53,835 bases of DNA from a virus. Taxonomy: Duplodnaviria > Caudoviricetes. The notes below the pieces were generated by a model. It was given only the letters and a program-made list of their open reading frames with translations. It made no database searches and was not told the origin of the DNA. The stretch covers positions 1 through 53,835 of IMG/VR virus record IMGVR_UViG_3300048599_000781. One strand, written 5' to 3'. Position numbers and translations under genes: made by a program. Positions 52,517 to 53,835 of this stretch are shown here, one piece after another. Position 1 is the first letter of the stretch; each line of letters starts with the position of its first letter.

Positions 52517-53029
52517 ATGGCATGGCTATCGACCAAGACTTACGCATCCGAACGCGGCCTCTCGTGCGCCATGCGCCAGTGGGCGGCCGATAGCCACTGT
52601 GCGGTTCTGCATGGCTACTCCCTCGGCTTCAGGTTCGTCTTCGCGGCCGAGCAGTTGGATGCGCGCGGCTGGGTCGTGGATTTCGGTCGATCCGGGTTTG
52701 GTCGGATCCGGACGTGGCTGCACGAGACCTTCGATCATTCCTTGTTGGTCGCGGAGGACGATCCCTTCCGCGCTGACCTTGTCCGGTTGGGCGAACTCGG
52801 TCTGGCCAACGTGCGCCTCGTTCCAGGTACGAGTTGCGAGCGGCTCGCGCAGTTCGTGTTCGAGACCGCCCAGCCGATGATCGCCGCGGCCACGAAGGAG
52901 AGATGCTGGATCGCCGAGGTCGAGTGTTCCGAACACGGTGCGAACAGCGGTGTCTTCAGAAATCCCGACGCCGTATTGCGCGAGATATCGGCGGATGCCC
53001 TGGCGAGATTGGCGGCGGCGCTGACGTAA
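52517..53029 (+). CDS. queD: 6-carboxytetrahydropterin synthase / PTPS family (outside prophage)
   Basis: SHCAVLHGYS, VVDFG, FDH, SCE, EH..NS motifs; RBS GGAGAGGG. Confidence 0.8.
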   Translation: MAWLSTKTYASERGLSCAMRQWAADSHCAVLHGYSLGFRFVFAAEQLDARGWVVDFGRSGFGRIRTWLHETFDHSLLVAEDDPFRADLVRLGELGLANVRLVPGTSCERLAQFVFETAQPMIAAATKERCWIAEVECSEHGANSGVFRNPDAVLREISADALARLAAALT

Positions 53030-53199
53030 TTGGCATCCGGCGATAATGTGGGACGCCCATAGCCGAGCCTCTCCCAAGGCCGGCCTCCAATCGCGGCAGG
53101 CATCGGCGCGCCGCGATTTCCGGTTGACACATTATTAATAATTAACACAAGTGGCGGGATTGCGTTCGTTGAACGCTGTCTTTTTAGGTGGGGTATCCT

Positions 53200-53835
53200 A
53201 TGCGAAAGGCTATCATGGCTGGCGTCGCTGCGGCGGCGCTCGCGGTCGCCGGTTCGGCTTCGGCTGCGACGATCATTCTGCAATCCGACTTCGAAAGCGT
53301 AGCGGTCGCCCCGGGCAGCTATGTGATCGTCAATTCGGCGGACGGCTGGACCAAGGGTGCGGGAACCGCCGGCATCGAAGTCCAGAACAATGTCGCCGGC
53401 GCTCCGGCGCCCGACGGCGGCGCCAAGTTCGTCGAACTCGACAGCAATTCCAACAGCTCCATGTATTACACCCTCGCCGCCGGCGGGTCGTACACCATGA
53501 GCTTCCTCTATTCGCCGCGTCCGAACGTGGGCTCGGGCAGCAACGGCATCACGCTGTTCGTGGGCGGCAACATGCTCAACCCGCCGGGCGAGATCACCGG
53601 CGACGGTGGTTCGACCACCGACTGGGTGCTGCATACGGTGAACTTCACGGCCAACGCCGGCGATCAGGTGCTGTTCGCGGCTACCGGCGCGTCGGACTCG
53701 CTGGGCGGCTATCTCGACAACATCACCATCTCGGCGGTTCCGGAACCGGCGACATGGGCGATGATGATCGCCGGCTTCGGCATGGCCGGCGTGGCCATCC
53801 GTCGTCGCCACGCGATCAAGGCGATTGCGGCGTAG
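53200..53835 (+). CDS. Host PEPxxWA-CTERM protein with carbohydrate-binding-like domain
   Basis: Signal peptide ending SASA; FVELD...YSPRP...SLGGYLDNI; VPEPATWAMMIAGFGMAGVAIRRR. Confidence 0.9.
   Translation: MRKAIMAGVAAAALAVAGSASAATIILQSDFESVAVAPGSYVIVNSADGWTKGAGTAGIEVQNNVAGAPAPDGGAKFVELDSNSNSSMYYTLAAGGSYTMSFLYSPRPNVGSGSNGITLFVGGNMLNPPGEITGDGGSTTDWVLHTVNFTANAGDQVLFAATGASDSLGGYLDNITISAVPEPATWAMMIAGFGMAGVAIRRRHAIKAIAA

Noticed and set aside
47994-53795. Inverted similarity between ~47995-48052 and ~53738-53795 as a possible invertible segment
   Set aside because: Explained by two PEP-CTERM sorting signals with synonymous differences; it straddles attR and no invertase is present.
1-53835. 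CRISPR array, diversity-generating retroelement, retron, IS element
   Set aside because: No regularly spaced repeats, reverse transcriptase motifs, TR/VR pair or transposase were seen.

Overview
The window is an apparently complete, GC-rich, lambda-like (siphovirus-type) prophage of about 52.3 kb from an alphaproteobacterium. The host is probably Caulobacteraceae (inferred from the GAAC-N7-GAAC SOS box, PEPxxWA-CTERM proteins and GANTC-rich promoters). It is integrated into the 3' end of a tRNA-Met(CAT) gene and bounded by a 15-bp direct repeat GCCCCCAGCTACCAA at 45-59 and 52309-52323. Gene order: large serine integrase and leftward early operon (ParB fusion, ACP-like protein); CI/Cro switch; rightward early operon (C5-MTase, helicase-MTase fusion, nuclease, SNF2 helicase, replication initiator, DUF6456-like late regulator); cos/terminase; lambda-type head; non-contractile tail with a -1 frameshift; fibres; GH19 lysis cassette; LexA-boxed Zn-ribbon genes. 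Beyond attR lie queD and a PEPxxWA-CTERM gene. Highlights: (1) all three antisense cargo cassettes in the rightward early operon are spanned by uninterrupted sense-strand 'bridge' ORFs that overlap the flanking genes at both ends; (2) the att core lies inside the integrase gene, so integration or excision swaps its C-terminus; (3) CI has Arg at the expected catalytic Lys, paired with an SOS-boxed Zn-ribbon operon (candidate antirepressor); (4) cargo includes a WYL-WYL-TerB protein, a Ser-less membrane-anchored ACP-like protein and a phage-borne PEP-CTERM protein. All family assignments are by eye from motifs and synteny; no database searches were run.
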